A stretch of DNA of 64,000 nucleotides. Source: Eukaryota sp. TZLM1-RC (lineage: Eukaryota > Protista > Metamonada: BaSk clade). Position 1 is the first letter of the stretch, and each line of letters opens with the position of its first letter. The translations under genes were made by a program, and so were the position numbers. Location: NCBI GenBank assembly GCA_040285825.1, contig JAUPSS010000011.1, positions 186,001-250,000 of the forward strand, written 5' to 3'. The notes below the pieces were generated by a model. It searched no databases, had not been told where the DNA came from, and saw nothing but the letters and a program-made list of their open reading frames with translations. Below are positions 34,101 through 45,168 of the stretch, piece after piece.

Positions 34101-35470
34101 GGAACATCATTTATTGGTTCTACATTAGACTCAGTTACGAAGCCACATTTTTTGTGGTACAAATTTTGGTGGTGTTGATTTTCATAAATCAAGCTACCTT
34201 TGTAAAGCTGCTTTTAATGGAGGTGGAAAGAATTTTATTTATGAATTTGTGAATCGTTTTTCTGAAAAAATTTATCTCATTGAAAATTGTGGCAGCTTTT
34301 ATCTTATTTCATTGCAACAGGAAATTGAAACTCTTTCACCCAATATTTGGTCTAAATGTTTTCCCTCTGATTTTAATTTCAAATGATTTAATTTGTCGCT
34401 GCAAAAGTGTTGTTACGCTTTCCCATATTTTAAACTGTAAGTATTTTATAACTTATCGCTCAATTGTTCATGACTCAGTTCGTGATCAATTATATGCCAT
34501 GTGCAAAAGTTTCAATATAGAGGCATTTATTGAGCCATTAGTACGTAAGCTGTCTTCAGATCAAACTGGTGATTCCTTTGGTAAAAGAAAGGCAGGTTTA
34601 GTAGCTCCAGGGATCGATGGTGTTCTCAATGTTGTAGATGTTGTCTCAGTTGATGTTTGCAAAAATTCTGCTGCTCGTTTAGTGTATTCCGCTGATTCGC
34701 CGTTATCTAACGCCGAAAGAAAGAAGATAAAAAAATATGAAGAACCTTTGGCACAGTTAGGAAGGGTGGAACATGTGAAATATCAGTGTGTACCGTTTGC
34801 AATTTTTCTTTTTGGCAATATTGGACCTTCAGGGTTGCACTTTTTTGAAATTTTCAAAAAAGTGTTACTGAATAGGTCTGGTAAAACAATGAACTGCAGT
34901 TTCTGGGTAAATAGAATTGTTTTTTGCATTTCAAGTCTATTCCAACAACGATTTCAAAGGCACTTTTAGCTATTGGTGTAGAATATGAACGTAATGCTGT
35001 GAGTAGGTTTTGCTATAGTGACGCTTGTTTGGAGGATATTGAATTCTAGATGGGTTTTTATCTCAAAAAATATTCCTTTTTTTAAAAAAACCTGAGACTC
35101 TTTTCTTCTAATAAATTTTCTTTTACATTTTGTTTCAGAATTTGTCACATCATTTTTTCCAACATTGGGGCATGTTCAAGCAATATGTCCTTGTTGTCGA
35201 CACTTTGAGCATCTGTAGGAGCGTGGCTTCGTTTTTGAACAAACTTTGTTTTCATCGTGATTTTCTAAAAATTCTTGATCAGAAATTGATTTGTCCAAAA
35301 ATGAAGAGAGAAAAGGTTGAGGAGGAGAGGTGGAAAGGACGTCTTGAGCATCTTGTTGTCTATCGTTCTTTCTTTTGACTCCATTGGAATCAGAAACTGA
35401 TTCAGGCATCAACAAGAAAGAATAGAAGCAATGATCGCAGTTCAGCCAGGCTTGAAGTTAAACGGTTTTA
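31195..35470 (-). mobile_element. Near full-length, frameshifted CRE-like RLE non-LTR retrotransposon (family A), interrupted by a family B copy
   Basis: 5' to 3': CCHC knuckle CSKCRQQGHIA*TC (35.2 kb), CxxC..CxxC (34.0 kb), RT with GVKQGDPLGPLLF and YMDD, RHLGSFLG, CICS..HALNC..HDAV, RLE; ends in CAATAAA. The 5' boundary is approximate. Confidence 0.88.
34285..35090 (+). mobile_element. Nested 5'-truncated CRE-like retrotransposon, family B (zinc finger + RLE)
   Basis: CRCK..HILNC..RSIVHDSVRD..EP..VDVVSVDV..KKIKKY..VPFAI..GNIG; opposite strand to the host element; A7 at the 3' end. Confidence 0.85.
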
Positions 35471-35588
35471 TGTAGAGGAAGGAAGAAAAATAAGGTATGA
35501 TTTCTAAAACAACGTATTTTATTAAACACAACTGTAAACAAAAAATTTATTTCTATATACAAAACACATTTTTAAAAATGACAATTAA

Positions 35589-37697
35589 TTATTCTTCACA
35601 TAATAAATCAAATGAATTGACACTAGAAATTCCCTGAGTGTTCATAGGTCTCGCGATGGTATTAATTCTAACATTGAGACTGTCAACCACACTAGACTGA
35701 ACATCTTCCTCAACACTACGGTCTGCCTCAGGACTTGGTAATTCCACTTTGAGATCATATCGATCGTCCCACTGAACATCTTCCTCAACACTACTGAATG
35801 CCTCAAGACTTGGCCCTTTAACTTTGTACTTATTCAAATTATCCCAATCAGCAATTTCTTCAAGTTTCAGATTGTCAAAGGAACATGTATCTTGTATGCC
35901 GTAAAAATTACTCAGAAAACGCATCAAAAGAGCCACATTCTGATCATTTTGAAGCTGAGATCGAAGAGACCATTCAATAAGATTCTCATCAAAGGCCTCC
36001 AAAAGACCACCAACTGGGTTTGCACCAGAAATATTTGATGAGTGAATTTTCATACGTAAATAGCTAAACAATGAATAATTAATCATTGAATGCAATTGGA
36101 AGCATTCTGGTAAATTCAAAAGATTGGTCAAATGGTAGATATGTTCCATAAGGGTAATAAGCACTTTAAACCTAACAAATGATTCATAACCAGCATCAAA
36201 CTGTTCAGTGAGTTTGAATGGCGTTTTCATTCCATTGATACAAACAAAGGAAAACAATGCAAGGTCAGTTGGTGAGAACAAGTTTGAGTGAAAAACTGTG
36301 AGATGGTATAAGAACCGCAGAACCATTGCCAACATAACAAAAGCAGGTGTGTGTTGATACAGGTCAGCGAGTTGCTGAAAAAGAACCTCTGAAAGTGGTG
36401 TTGTGATGAAAGAACGCTTGGGTCTCCAGTGATCGAGTAAGGTGAAAGCCATCTGTATTCGTCCAGTCAGACCCATTGGTTCATTATAAGAAAACCACTT
36501 TGGGATATTCTCGACGCAGTTGAATCGCTTTATCTTCTTGCGATAATCGTACTCCTCGGGTTTGAGCTGCCCAACACACAGGGTCTTTGCAATTTCCGTG
36601 TGTCCTAACTGACGCCAGTATAGAGCATAGCAACCCTTGATAATTTTGTGAAAAAAACTGACAATAAATTCCTTCCCGATCATTACATTTGGATTGAATA
36701 ATATAATCTTTCGTTTAAATAAATACATGGTATGATGCTTGATGAGGGATGAGAACTCCATTGTGGGTTTAAGTATAAAAATGTCTTCATCTTGAAGCAA
36801 CTGATACCGGTAAAACATTTTCTGAGTGTTCACAAGCTTGAACAGATTTGGGTCGTTTTGTAGAATTCCTTCCCATTTTTTGCGTAACCGTGCACCGTGA
36901 TGGGGACCCTTCAATTGCCTTGCAATATCTTCTAGTCTCCCTATGCAATACTTTTTATCTGAAAGCATGTTCATGTAAGGTTTGAGCTTTTTCTTTACAA
37001 AATCACTTCCACACATAATGGCCAACAAAATCATATCATCATCTGATAGCTTTAAGCTTTGGGCAACATCATGTTGGGAAAACACTTTATGATTCGCTTC
37101 TTGATTGTTTTTCAGGTTATGGAGCAGTCGAGAGAAGTTTTCGTCAAGAAGGATCATTTTACACCGAGGGAAAACAACAAAGTCACTGTCACCACTCCAA
37201 ACAGCAGAGCATGTTCCGTTCCAAACATCATTTGCCATGTAATAATCACCTTCGCCAGGGACAAACTTCAGTACATGACCACTCTGATGTGCTGCTTTGT
37301 TGAAGATGCGGTGCAAAGAGTCGGGGTCATCTGCCATTGTGTATCCTTTATTCAACACTACCTCTTTTTTTTCGTCAAGCCAATAATGCTGTTTTTTATC
37401 AAACTTTGCCTTCAGGTCGTGTTGATTCTTCTTCTCAACAAAGAAGTGTAGGATGATGTTACGAGCTCTTATTTGACTGAAAAGTTGATCACTGTAATTG
37501 TAAAACGAAACAGCGTCGACTCCGTTAGCGTAAAATGGCAAGTTGAGGTAATCGGGAAAGAAGGAATTCAAGAATGAATTGATGATGTTGGAAGTATCGA
37601 CAGCTATATGAACTTTGTGAGATTGTCGTTCATTAAAGTCAAATGAATGCGGTCGAGAGTGGCTGTTTGTGTAGGAAAGCAGTCCGGAAACTCCCAT
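35589..37697 (-). CDS. PIN-domain nuclease, XPG/FEN1-fold Asteroid-like, copy 2
   Basis: Same motifs and length as copy 1; C-terminal half identical in protein sequence. Confidence 0.8.
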   Translation of the reverse strand: MGVSGLLSYTNSHSRPHSFDFNERQSHKVHIAVDTSNIINSFLNSFFPDYLNLPFYANGVDAVSFYNYSDQLFSQIRARNIILHFFVEKKNQHDLKAKFDKKQHYWLDEKKEVVLNKGYTMADDPDSLHRIFNKAAHQSGHVLKFVPGEGDYYMANDVWNGTCSAVWSGDSDFVVFPRCKMILLDENFSRLLHNLKNNQEANHKVFSQHDVAQSLKLSDDDMILLAIMCGSDFVKKKLKPYMNMLSDKKYCIGRLEDIARQLKGPHHGARLRKKWEGILQNDPNLFKLVNTQKMFYRYQLLQDEDIFILKPTMEFSSLIKHHTMYLFKRKIILFNPNVMIGKEFIVSFFHKIIKGCYALYWRQLGHTEIAKTLCVGQLKPEEYDYRKKIKRFNCVENIPKWFSYNEPMGLTGRIQMAFTLLDHWRPKRSFITTPLSEVLFQQLADLYQHTPAFVMLAMVLRFLYHLTVFHSNLFSPTDLALFSFVCINGMKTPFKLTEQFDAGYESFVRFKVLITLMEHIYHLTNLLNLPECFQLHSMINYSLFSYLRMKIHSSNISGANPVGGLLEAFDENLIEWSLRSQLQNDQNVALLMRFLSNFYGIQDTCSFDNLKLEEIADWDNLNKYKVKGPSLEAFSSVEEDVQWDDRYDLKVELPSPEADRSVEEDVQSSVVDSLNVRINTIARPMNTQGISSVNSFDLLCEE

Positions 37698-38013
37698 TGA
37701 TTCGAAAAGTAAAATTTTGGGCAATTGAAATATCCTTATGAGATTCAATTGTTTTCAGTCACTGAGAGACAATTGAGCAGTCTCGAAGTCAGGAACACCT
37801 ATGATTCTTCAACATCAATTACTACAGACCTTAAACTGAAAACGGATCATTATAATGGCAATATTTCTTGATGCCAGACTACATTTTATAAACTGTAATC
37901 ATATTTATCATAAACTGTAGGCTTCACAATTTCTATGGAATCGTCCTTGTTGCGCATTGGCTATTGGTCAAAAAAATTGTTTGATTTATTGTGAAAATTT
38001 CAGCAACAACTAT

Positions 38014-38297
38014 TGGAAATTTGATTGAATAAAACACTCGTTAATTTGTGTTGGGTACAAACTTGCTTTTTATAAACTCTATCTATGCAACCCACAAGAT
38101 TTATACTCGCAATAGGTTTCACAACTTACTAAACATTAATGCTTTGATACGAAATTTGATGGAAATTTGATTGAATAAAACACTCGTTAATTTGTGTTGG
38201 GTACAAACTTGCTTTTTATAAACTCTATCTATGCAACCCACAAGATTTATACTCGCAATAGGTTTCACAACTTACTAAACATTAATGCTTTGATACG
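38014..38297. repeat. Tandem duplication of 138 bp (period 146)
   Basis: 38014-38151 equals 38160-38297; the 8-nt junction AAATTTGA copies the start of the unit. Confidence 0.9.
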
Positions 38298-38352
38298 CAA
38301 CACATCTAACCTCTGATTTTGTCAATATTGGACATCATCTACAAGCAGTACT

Positions 38353-39340
38353 TGTACTGTAACAAAATTTGTTAGTTTATTGAATTTGCACACTTGATTA
38401 AATTAAATCATAACTAATGGGACGACTATCATTAAACCAAGATTTCCTCTACAAAATCTTGATTTGCTTGCTGTCTAGCTAAAGCTTCTCTAATTCGATT
38501 GAAAAACCGCGGTAATCTATTAATAATGGCAAATTGAATCCGTGAACGCCATAAAAAAATATCAAATCTTTTCATAGTTTTTTCTTTCACCATTTTTTGG
38601 AAGTCATCCAAAAAAGTTTCTGCTTCAACTGATAATCTTCCATTTATCGAAAATGGAAAAGCAATAAAAACCAGCTGTGTATTTCTATCGATATTTGCAT
38701 CTTCAATTTCTTTATCATATTTTCTATGTTTTTCTTTTGCTTTAAAATCCAGAGCAGCCACAGGATTAAGTTTTCTTCTGTGAACCAAAGTATCGTTTGC
38801 AACATTACATGAGACAAAGTCAACAATAGCTTCAGAATTATCAATCCAATCACAGTATACATCACCTCTATCATCAGAACCAAAATTATTCAGAGAAAGT
38901 GTTTCTTTCAGCAGGGGCTCTTTGATACACGATATCCTTGCAGTTTGTGCCATATTGAAAACAGTGTCTCTAACAGCATCATGTAATGAAGAACGATAAG
39001 TTATCAATTTAGAGCAATTTAGAGCATGGCGCAAAGTGAGTTGAGGTGAATTCGAACAAATACATTTTTCTTTTGATAATAATTGGTTAATGGGGATGTT
39101 CAAATATAATCTCATTTTTGTTACAAATGCTTCATTAGTAGCACACAATCCAAATCTTCGTGGTACAATGGTTACAAAAAGTGAAGAATCTGACACCTTG
39201 TTTTCACAAACACCCTTTTCCAATGACAATGAGTGAAGATCTTGATTTAAAACAGCCGAGCTGCAAATATTATTATAAAGATCTTTTTCATACATTCCAG
39301 TCAATCTTTTCTGTAATGTTCGAAGAGTGTACTGTAACAA
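38353..39340 (-). mobile_element. 5'-truncated CRE-like family A copy with intact RLE frame and 13-bp TSD
   Basis: Open 302-codon frame (zinc finger, RGD..VDF..KHRKY); TGTACTGTAACAA at 38353-38365 and 39328-39340. Confidence 0.92.
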
Positions 39341-39502
39341 CGAATACTTTTCTATTGTGAAATTTATAACTAAACATCATTGATGAGGTTTGTTATCTTT
39401 TTATGGTGGACACGAATTCAGTCTGTCAAAGATAATATTTTTGAGAAATAAATATAATAGAAATAAAGGACCCAGTCCCTCTGTTCTTATAGACGATTTA
39501 TA

Positions 39503-41175
39503 ATGGTTGGACCTCAACGTTCTCGTCGTAGACTTAAGCAAGCGGACCCTTATCTACGCAACACTCAGAGTGATAATGTAGCAACCACTATTGCTGCCAA
39601 ACTCACATCCCCTACTTATGCAGAACGTCTATCTGCCTGTGAACTCCTTGGGTCCCTTCAATACCCCCCTTCTCAACTTTTAACTCTACTCAAACGAAAT
39701 TCCACTGGTCAAAACCTTGTCAATCTTCTTCTCGATCCCAACACCAATGTGTCTCACACTGCTATAGAAACCATTTGCACTTTCACTAGTACCCGTTCTT
39801 CTGTTATATGTAACTTTTTCTTCTCCAAGGACATTCTCTCCACCATTTCCTCTCTCCTCAATACTTCCCCCTCCCCTCTACTACTCGACCTCCTAGCTTC
39901 TCTTTGCAGTGGATCCAATGATGTAGCGTCTGCGTTGGTTACATCTCCTGTATTTCCTTCTATTATTTCCATAGCTTCCTTGCACCCAGAGTTCCAACAA
40001 TTTCATGATCAATCAGCTTCCGCCTGGGAGTGCTTGGTTGCTGTTTTGGAGGTTAATGACCTAGAAGATCACGTCATTAAGGGTTTGATTGGATCCTTGA
40101 AGAATGCTGATTTTAAAACCCTTTCTCAAGCCTCTATCTTTGTGTCACATCTTTTGTGGTCTTATCATGTCATTGATGACGAAATTTTGAACTTGTCGAG
40201 TGAAATTTTCAAAAATTGCTTTAATCTGACCTCTGATGTTTCACTTAATGAGCTCTACTTTGAACTGGTCCAAATTTTTAAAGTCAATTCTGGTCAAACT
40301 GATGTTGAAAATGACAATTATTCTCAATTGGAGACTCAATTACAGAATTTTAATAACAAAATTACTTCAATTTCATCCCTTTTTGAATCAATATCTTTGT
40401 TATTTTCTGAACCAGCAGATGAAATACCCGAATATTTGAAATATCTGCCTAAATTGATCCCTATTGATCTCTTGTTTAAAATTTTGATTTCTTTTTTAAC
40501 CCAATTTGGGAAGTAGATTTAGATTTTGAACTTGGAGATTTAAGTTCTGAATTTGATTCATGTTTAAATAATCTTTTATTACTTTTACAAAAATCTATTT
40601 TGGCTTTAATTAATTGTATTATTGGAATTTCACACGATAACTTGGAATTTATTGACCCAAATTATTTATTTTCAATATCTTTTTCTTTATTAAAATCAAT
40701 TTTATCTAAACAATTGCTGAAAGAATCAAGTTTTAATAAGTTGAGTTCAACTCTTACTTCCTTAATTGCTTTAATTACGAAATTAGCTGAAATTAATATC
40801 GATAGTCAAGATTTTTCCTTATTTTTGAACCTTTTAGACCAAAATATAGATGCCAATATGACGGTTGATTTACTCACAATAGTTTCCTTAATTGTCTCTC
40901 GGAGTCAAGGAAATTCTTTCAATTTTGACCTTTTGCGCAAGATTTTGTTCAAGTATTTGAATAGTAATGATGTTGCAATTGCCACCGAAGCACTATCGGC
41001 AACCTGTCTACTCTTTCAATCAAATCAAATTATTGATCGGCAGTCGCTTTCGACACTGATATCAAGTGGTTCTTTGTCCAAAATGCTTAGATCGAGAAAC
41101 ATTAAGATGAATGTCGAAGAAAGAGAAGCAGCCAAGGAAGTTTTGGCTCATGCAAAAAATATATTAAACAGCTAG
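39503..41175 (+). CDS. HEAT/ARM-repeat protein, HEATR3/Syo1-like; reading frame changes near 40490-40545
   Basis: Basic N-terminus MVGPQRSRRRLK..DP, then KLTSP..ERLSACELL HEAT repeats; the second frame is open from ~40480 to 41175. Confidence 0.6.
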
Positions 41176-42258
41176 TTTTATTTTTAAAATTTCTTAGTAT
41201 TTTTAGTTTTTTTCAATTTTAGAATTTCAAATCAATCAGATTTCTTTTAATAAAACTTCTAAATAAGCAAAGTATAATTGGTAAGCACTTTTAAACTTGA
41301 ATTTGTAGCAAAACAATAATAACATCAAAATGTGCACCTACATCAAGGTTTCTCTTATAGTTTGGTGTTGATTGGTATGACATATTTATTCTTTTGTAAG
41401 AATTGACTTATATCATCAGTCCACATCAGAGTGGACATCATAGAAAAAAACTTGAGGATAAGATTGCGTTGTTAAGCCACTATTTTAATGTCGCAAATTT
41501 AATTCAATGAGAAGAAATCTATACATTAGCTACTTTTTCAATTGTTTTGCTTAATATTAGTTTACTTCGTTTCTTTATAAACAATAAAACACATTTGGCA
41601 TACCAGGAATAAGATTCAAAAAATAGTCGCCAGAAGAATGGAACTCAAACATTATTGGATGTTGCTGAGATGAAATTCATCTAAATATAGTAGCTTTTGA
41701 CAAATAATGGTCGTCTTTCTATACAGGTATCCATAGCTCAAATATATGAAATTGAGCTTTACGCCAAACACAAGATGTTGTTATATAACTTTTCATTTGT
41801 TTGGGTCAATGAGACTCAGCATAATAACTAAACTGCATAAATAATTCTCAGTCGAAATGGAAAAGAATACAATTCAATTTTCGAAACTAATAGTATTTGT
41901 TAATAGTAAACACGTGCTGCACACATAGAATAACCACCTCAAAAAGGAATCATTTGAAAAGAAATAACCATTGTCCATAGGACAAGCTCAGAAATGAAAG
42001 TTTCATGAGCTTGTTTCCAATAGGAAGTGATTGAATTGTGCCCGATGTAAAATTCAATCCATTTCTTTTATTAGATAGTTTCAGTCAGTATGTGCTTTTG
42101 TAACAATGATAACAGCTCAAACAAGACCTGGTTTTACATCACAGCTTCAGTTTGAAAACAACAACAGAAACTTAAGTTCATTATAATTCAAAATTTATCC
42201 ACGCAATCTTGGTGCCAATTGCACCATCGAATTTTCTCACTTTCGCAATTTCACTGAA

Positions 42259-42356
42259 CTTTGAGGCATCTCCTAAAACAGGAACTGAACAGAGAAGATT
42301 AGCAACTCCTCCACATAGGATTGGAGTATTAGAGCGAAGACTCAATTCCTTGTTTT
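42259..42356 (+). pseudogene. U6: U6 snRNA variant/pseudogene
   Basis: Retains ACAGAGAAGATTAGCA (42289-42304) and the ISL but lacks the 5' arm of the 5' stem-loop, has loop ACAUA and a terminator broken to T4. Confidence 0.8.
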
Positions 42357-43564
42357 GCACATTGGGCTCAGATGATGGTTCCAAGATCTTTATCAGAAAT
42401 CAACGTCGGCAAGATCTTCAAGTCTTTGTGGTTTCGCAGCATGACGTTGGTAATTTCCCATTCTTCATTTCACATCACATCCCCTCATTGCTGGGTGGTA
42501 GCTCTCGTCTACTCTTCAATGAGTATTTGTCACTATTCTTGAATTGACATTGTGGGAATCTTTATATCCATATTCTAGTAGTTAGAATTACATTGTCTTA
42601 TTGATGTTTATGCCGGTTGATATTCATGTCAATCTCAGTCATTTTCATGCTTTCGGTGTAACATCTGTATGTATAAGATTCATTTTTCAGATTACATTAA
42701 TGGTTGTGTGGTGTAAATAATCAATCCATCAATTATAAGGCCAGTTCATTTAACGATAGACAGTCACTCTTTATCTTGCATCTACTATTTACTAAGTAAA
42801 ACTAGCATTTGTAAACTGTGACATTTTTGGAGGAAATAAAGCATTGTTTTATCTGACGCCTTCTTTCAAGGATTTATATCAAGATTGTGGTAGAGTTGAG
42901 TTGCATAAGAGATAGTCTTATCATGGAGGTTTACCTGCCACTGTTTAATAAATATAATCCTTTTAGGAGTTAATAATTACATTAAAGGGGCCAAATATAT
43001 AAATAATTCTGGAGAAGAACCAGTTAAGTAACTATTTGCTGCAATTTTGTTAACAAATAATTTTAATTTGAATCAAAGTCACAAATAGATAATCCTTTAT
43101 TTTCATAGAGCCCCTACTAATGGAGACGAGTATCAGTTTATGGGGGTTCTATTCCGTAGTTTACTGTGTCCCTTTATTTTCATCTATTGGATTAATGCGA
43201 TTTATTAATAAATTAATAAAACTATATTTGGATCCTTGTCAAATATATAATACTTACATGAAATCAATCAAAAAATTGGGGTCTCTTGTGGCGACATCGA
43301 TTTTGGAGTGATTGAATTGGAGTGAATTATTATGCCTATTGATATGGAATAACAGATATTGAAAAAGCAGAAACTTGTCATGCTCTTTCAAACCTCATTG
43401 CTGGAAGAGCCGTCTGTTCGTAAACAACATTTGTCCTATTAAAAATTTAAGATAAAAATGAAAATAAAAATAAAAATTTAACACGCTATTAATAGTAGTA
43501 ATAATAGTTTGAACTAAACAAATTCTTGGATATAAACATAACAGCTCACACCTGACAAATTCAA

Positions 43565-43613
43565 ATCATTACTAATGGGACGAAATTCATTGAACCAAGA
43601 TTCAACCAAGATT
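43565..43613 (-). mobile_element. Tiny 3' tail of CRE-like family A
   Basis: ACTAATGGGACGA..TCATTGAACCAAGATT, followed by a duplicated AACCAAGATT. Confidence 0.65.
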
Positions 43614-43615
43614 GA

Positions 43616-43873
43616 GATGTCTATTCGTCACGAACTACCATGTGTAAATCATGCGAATGTTTGTGGAATAGAGATGGAACTGCTTAGCTGAATATAATGA
43701 CACTGATGGAAGCACATGTAAAAGGTGGGGACATGCCGTTATACCGTAATAGAAAAAAGTTGGATTGTGAAGGAGCTGACGATGGAGAGGAATGGCCACA
43801 TAGGAAGAGAGTGGTGGGGTTTCGGATGAGTCCAACAATTTGTTCAAGAGAACATACTGCAGGTATAAGGTAA
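43616..43873 (+). pseudogene. Fanzor1 C-terminal remnant
   Basis: MCKSCECLWNRDGTA*LNIMTLMEAHVKGGDMPLY: zinc finger CxxC plus RuvC-III WNRD..A.LNI with an in-frame stop at 43685. Confidence 0.8.
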
Positions 43874-44114
43874 AAATGAATCAAAAATGAGTAAAAAAAC
43901 CGGTAGAAAGAGTACAGAAGAGTCCTAAAGCTCGGAAAAGAAGGTAAGTGAGGGAAAAAGGAACCTAGTTGATGAAGTGAAGAAAAAGTGTGTGAAAAGT
44001 GAAAGCTTCCCAAAACCAAGTTGAGGGTTAAGAACCTCCCAGAACAGGCAACCAGAGGTCGAAAATGGGGTGACAAGTGTAAAAATTGACAGATGAGCTG
44101 ATTATTCTCACTAC

Positions 44115-45079
44115 ATGACAGACATCCACTCTATGTCACGTGTATTCACTCGGTCTTGTGCACTTGACTCGCTGCTCCCTCTTGCAGCTGTGCAACAAAT
44201 TTGGACTGACCTTCCTTTGATCACCGAGATTTGTCAAGGAGCTTCTTTATTGCTTCAATCTTTTCTTCTAAATTTTCCGTTGGCATCTAGAGCTTTAGTG
44301 GAACAGGATGTATGGTGTCTGTTTATGACCATCATCACCACTGGTTTTTTTCCAAAGCCGTCCACCTCCAAAGGACAACGTCAATTACTCCATATCTTTC
44401 ACAGTGGATTTCTTCCTGAATGCCCACAAGACAGGTCTCTTGTTTCTTCATGGAAAAATTTTTCAATGCCTTATAGAAATTCATTCAATCTTTTCCTTAA
44501 TGATTGGCTGCAGTCTCAGAAATGTAATTTTATTAATAGAAAAGGGCTTTCTGCTTAGCTTGCATGTTGGGCCAATATTCCGTTCAAAATTTCAACCAAT
44601 ATTTGAACCATTGGAATTTGGTCAGGAGGAAAGTGTATCTGGAAAGTAATCGCCAGAAATGGAAAATAATTAAATTTGATAACCGCAGACGAAAAGAGAG
44701 ACGGTTTCGAGAGACTCTCAACAAATTTCAAAGACTGGCTGGACATCCTGATAAACTCTACCTTGCTATGGGTTCTGCTAATTTCCCTTCTCATTGCCGA
44801 AAAGTCAATCGATGTGGATCAGCAAGGGCTTTAAGAAAATGGTTGTGTTATCAAAAATACTTGAAGCACTTGCAAACCAGTGAATTTAATACAAGCAAAC
44901 TGTCAAGTTGTTGCATGGCCGAGAATATTCAAGCAGGCTCATTGCAGATGCGTATTTGTACTGAGTGTCAAATAGTATATGACAGAGATATTTCCGCTGC
45001 AAAAAATATTCAAATTAAGAAGAAAGCGGAATTGTGGCCGGAAAGATACATTTGCCCAGAAGCTCTGTTGAGGAGATGA
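44115..45079 (+). mobile_element. Fanzor (eukaryotic TnpB), split and internally shortened: ORFs 44115-44558 and 44564-45079
   Basis: ORF2: LAMGSANF, RuvC-II SEFNTSKLSSCC, CTEC, RuvC-III YDRDISAAKNI. ORF1 resembles a Fanzor1 N-terminus (SCALDSLL..ITEICQGASLLL). No RuvC-I (G.DPG-like) motif visible. Confidence 0.85.
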
Positions 45080-45168
45080 ATAGGGAACGTGAGCATACAG
45101 AAACAAAAACTTTGGGAAAACTGATATTTTATTTTGAGTTTTTTATTGTATTTTTAATTTGTTTGAAA

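Noticed and set aside
44556-44558. Alternative genetic code or stop read-through to explain split ORFs
   Set aside because: Conserved genes end normally in TAA, TAG and TGA; the splits are explained by introns, frameshifts or decay.
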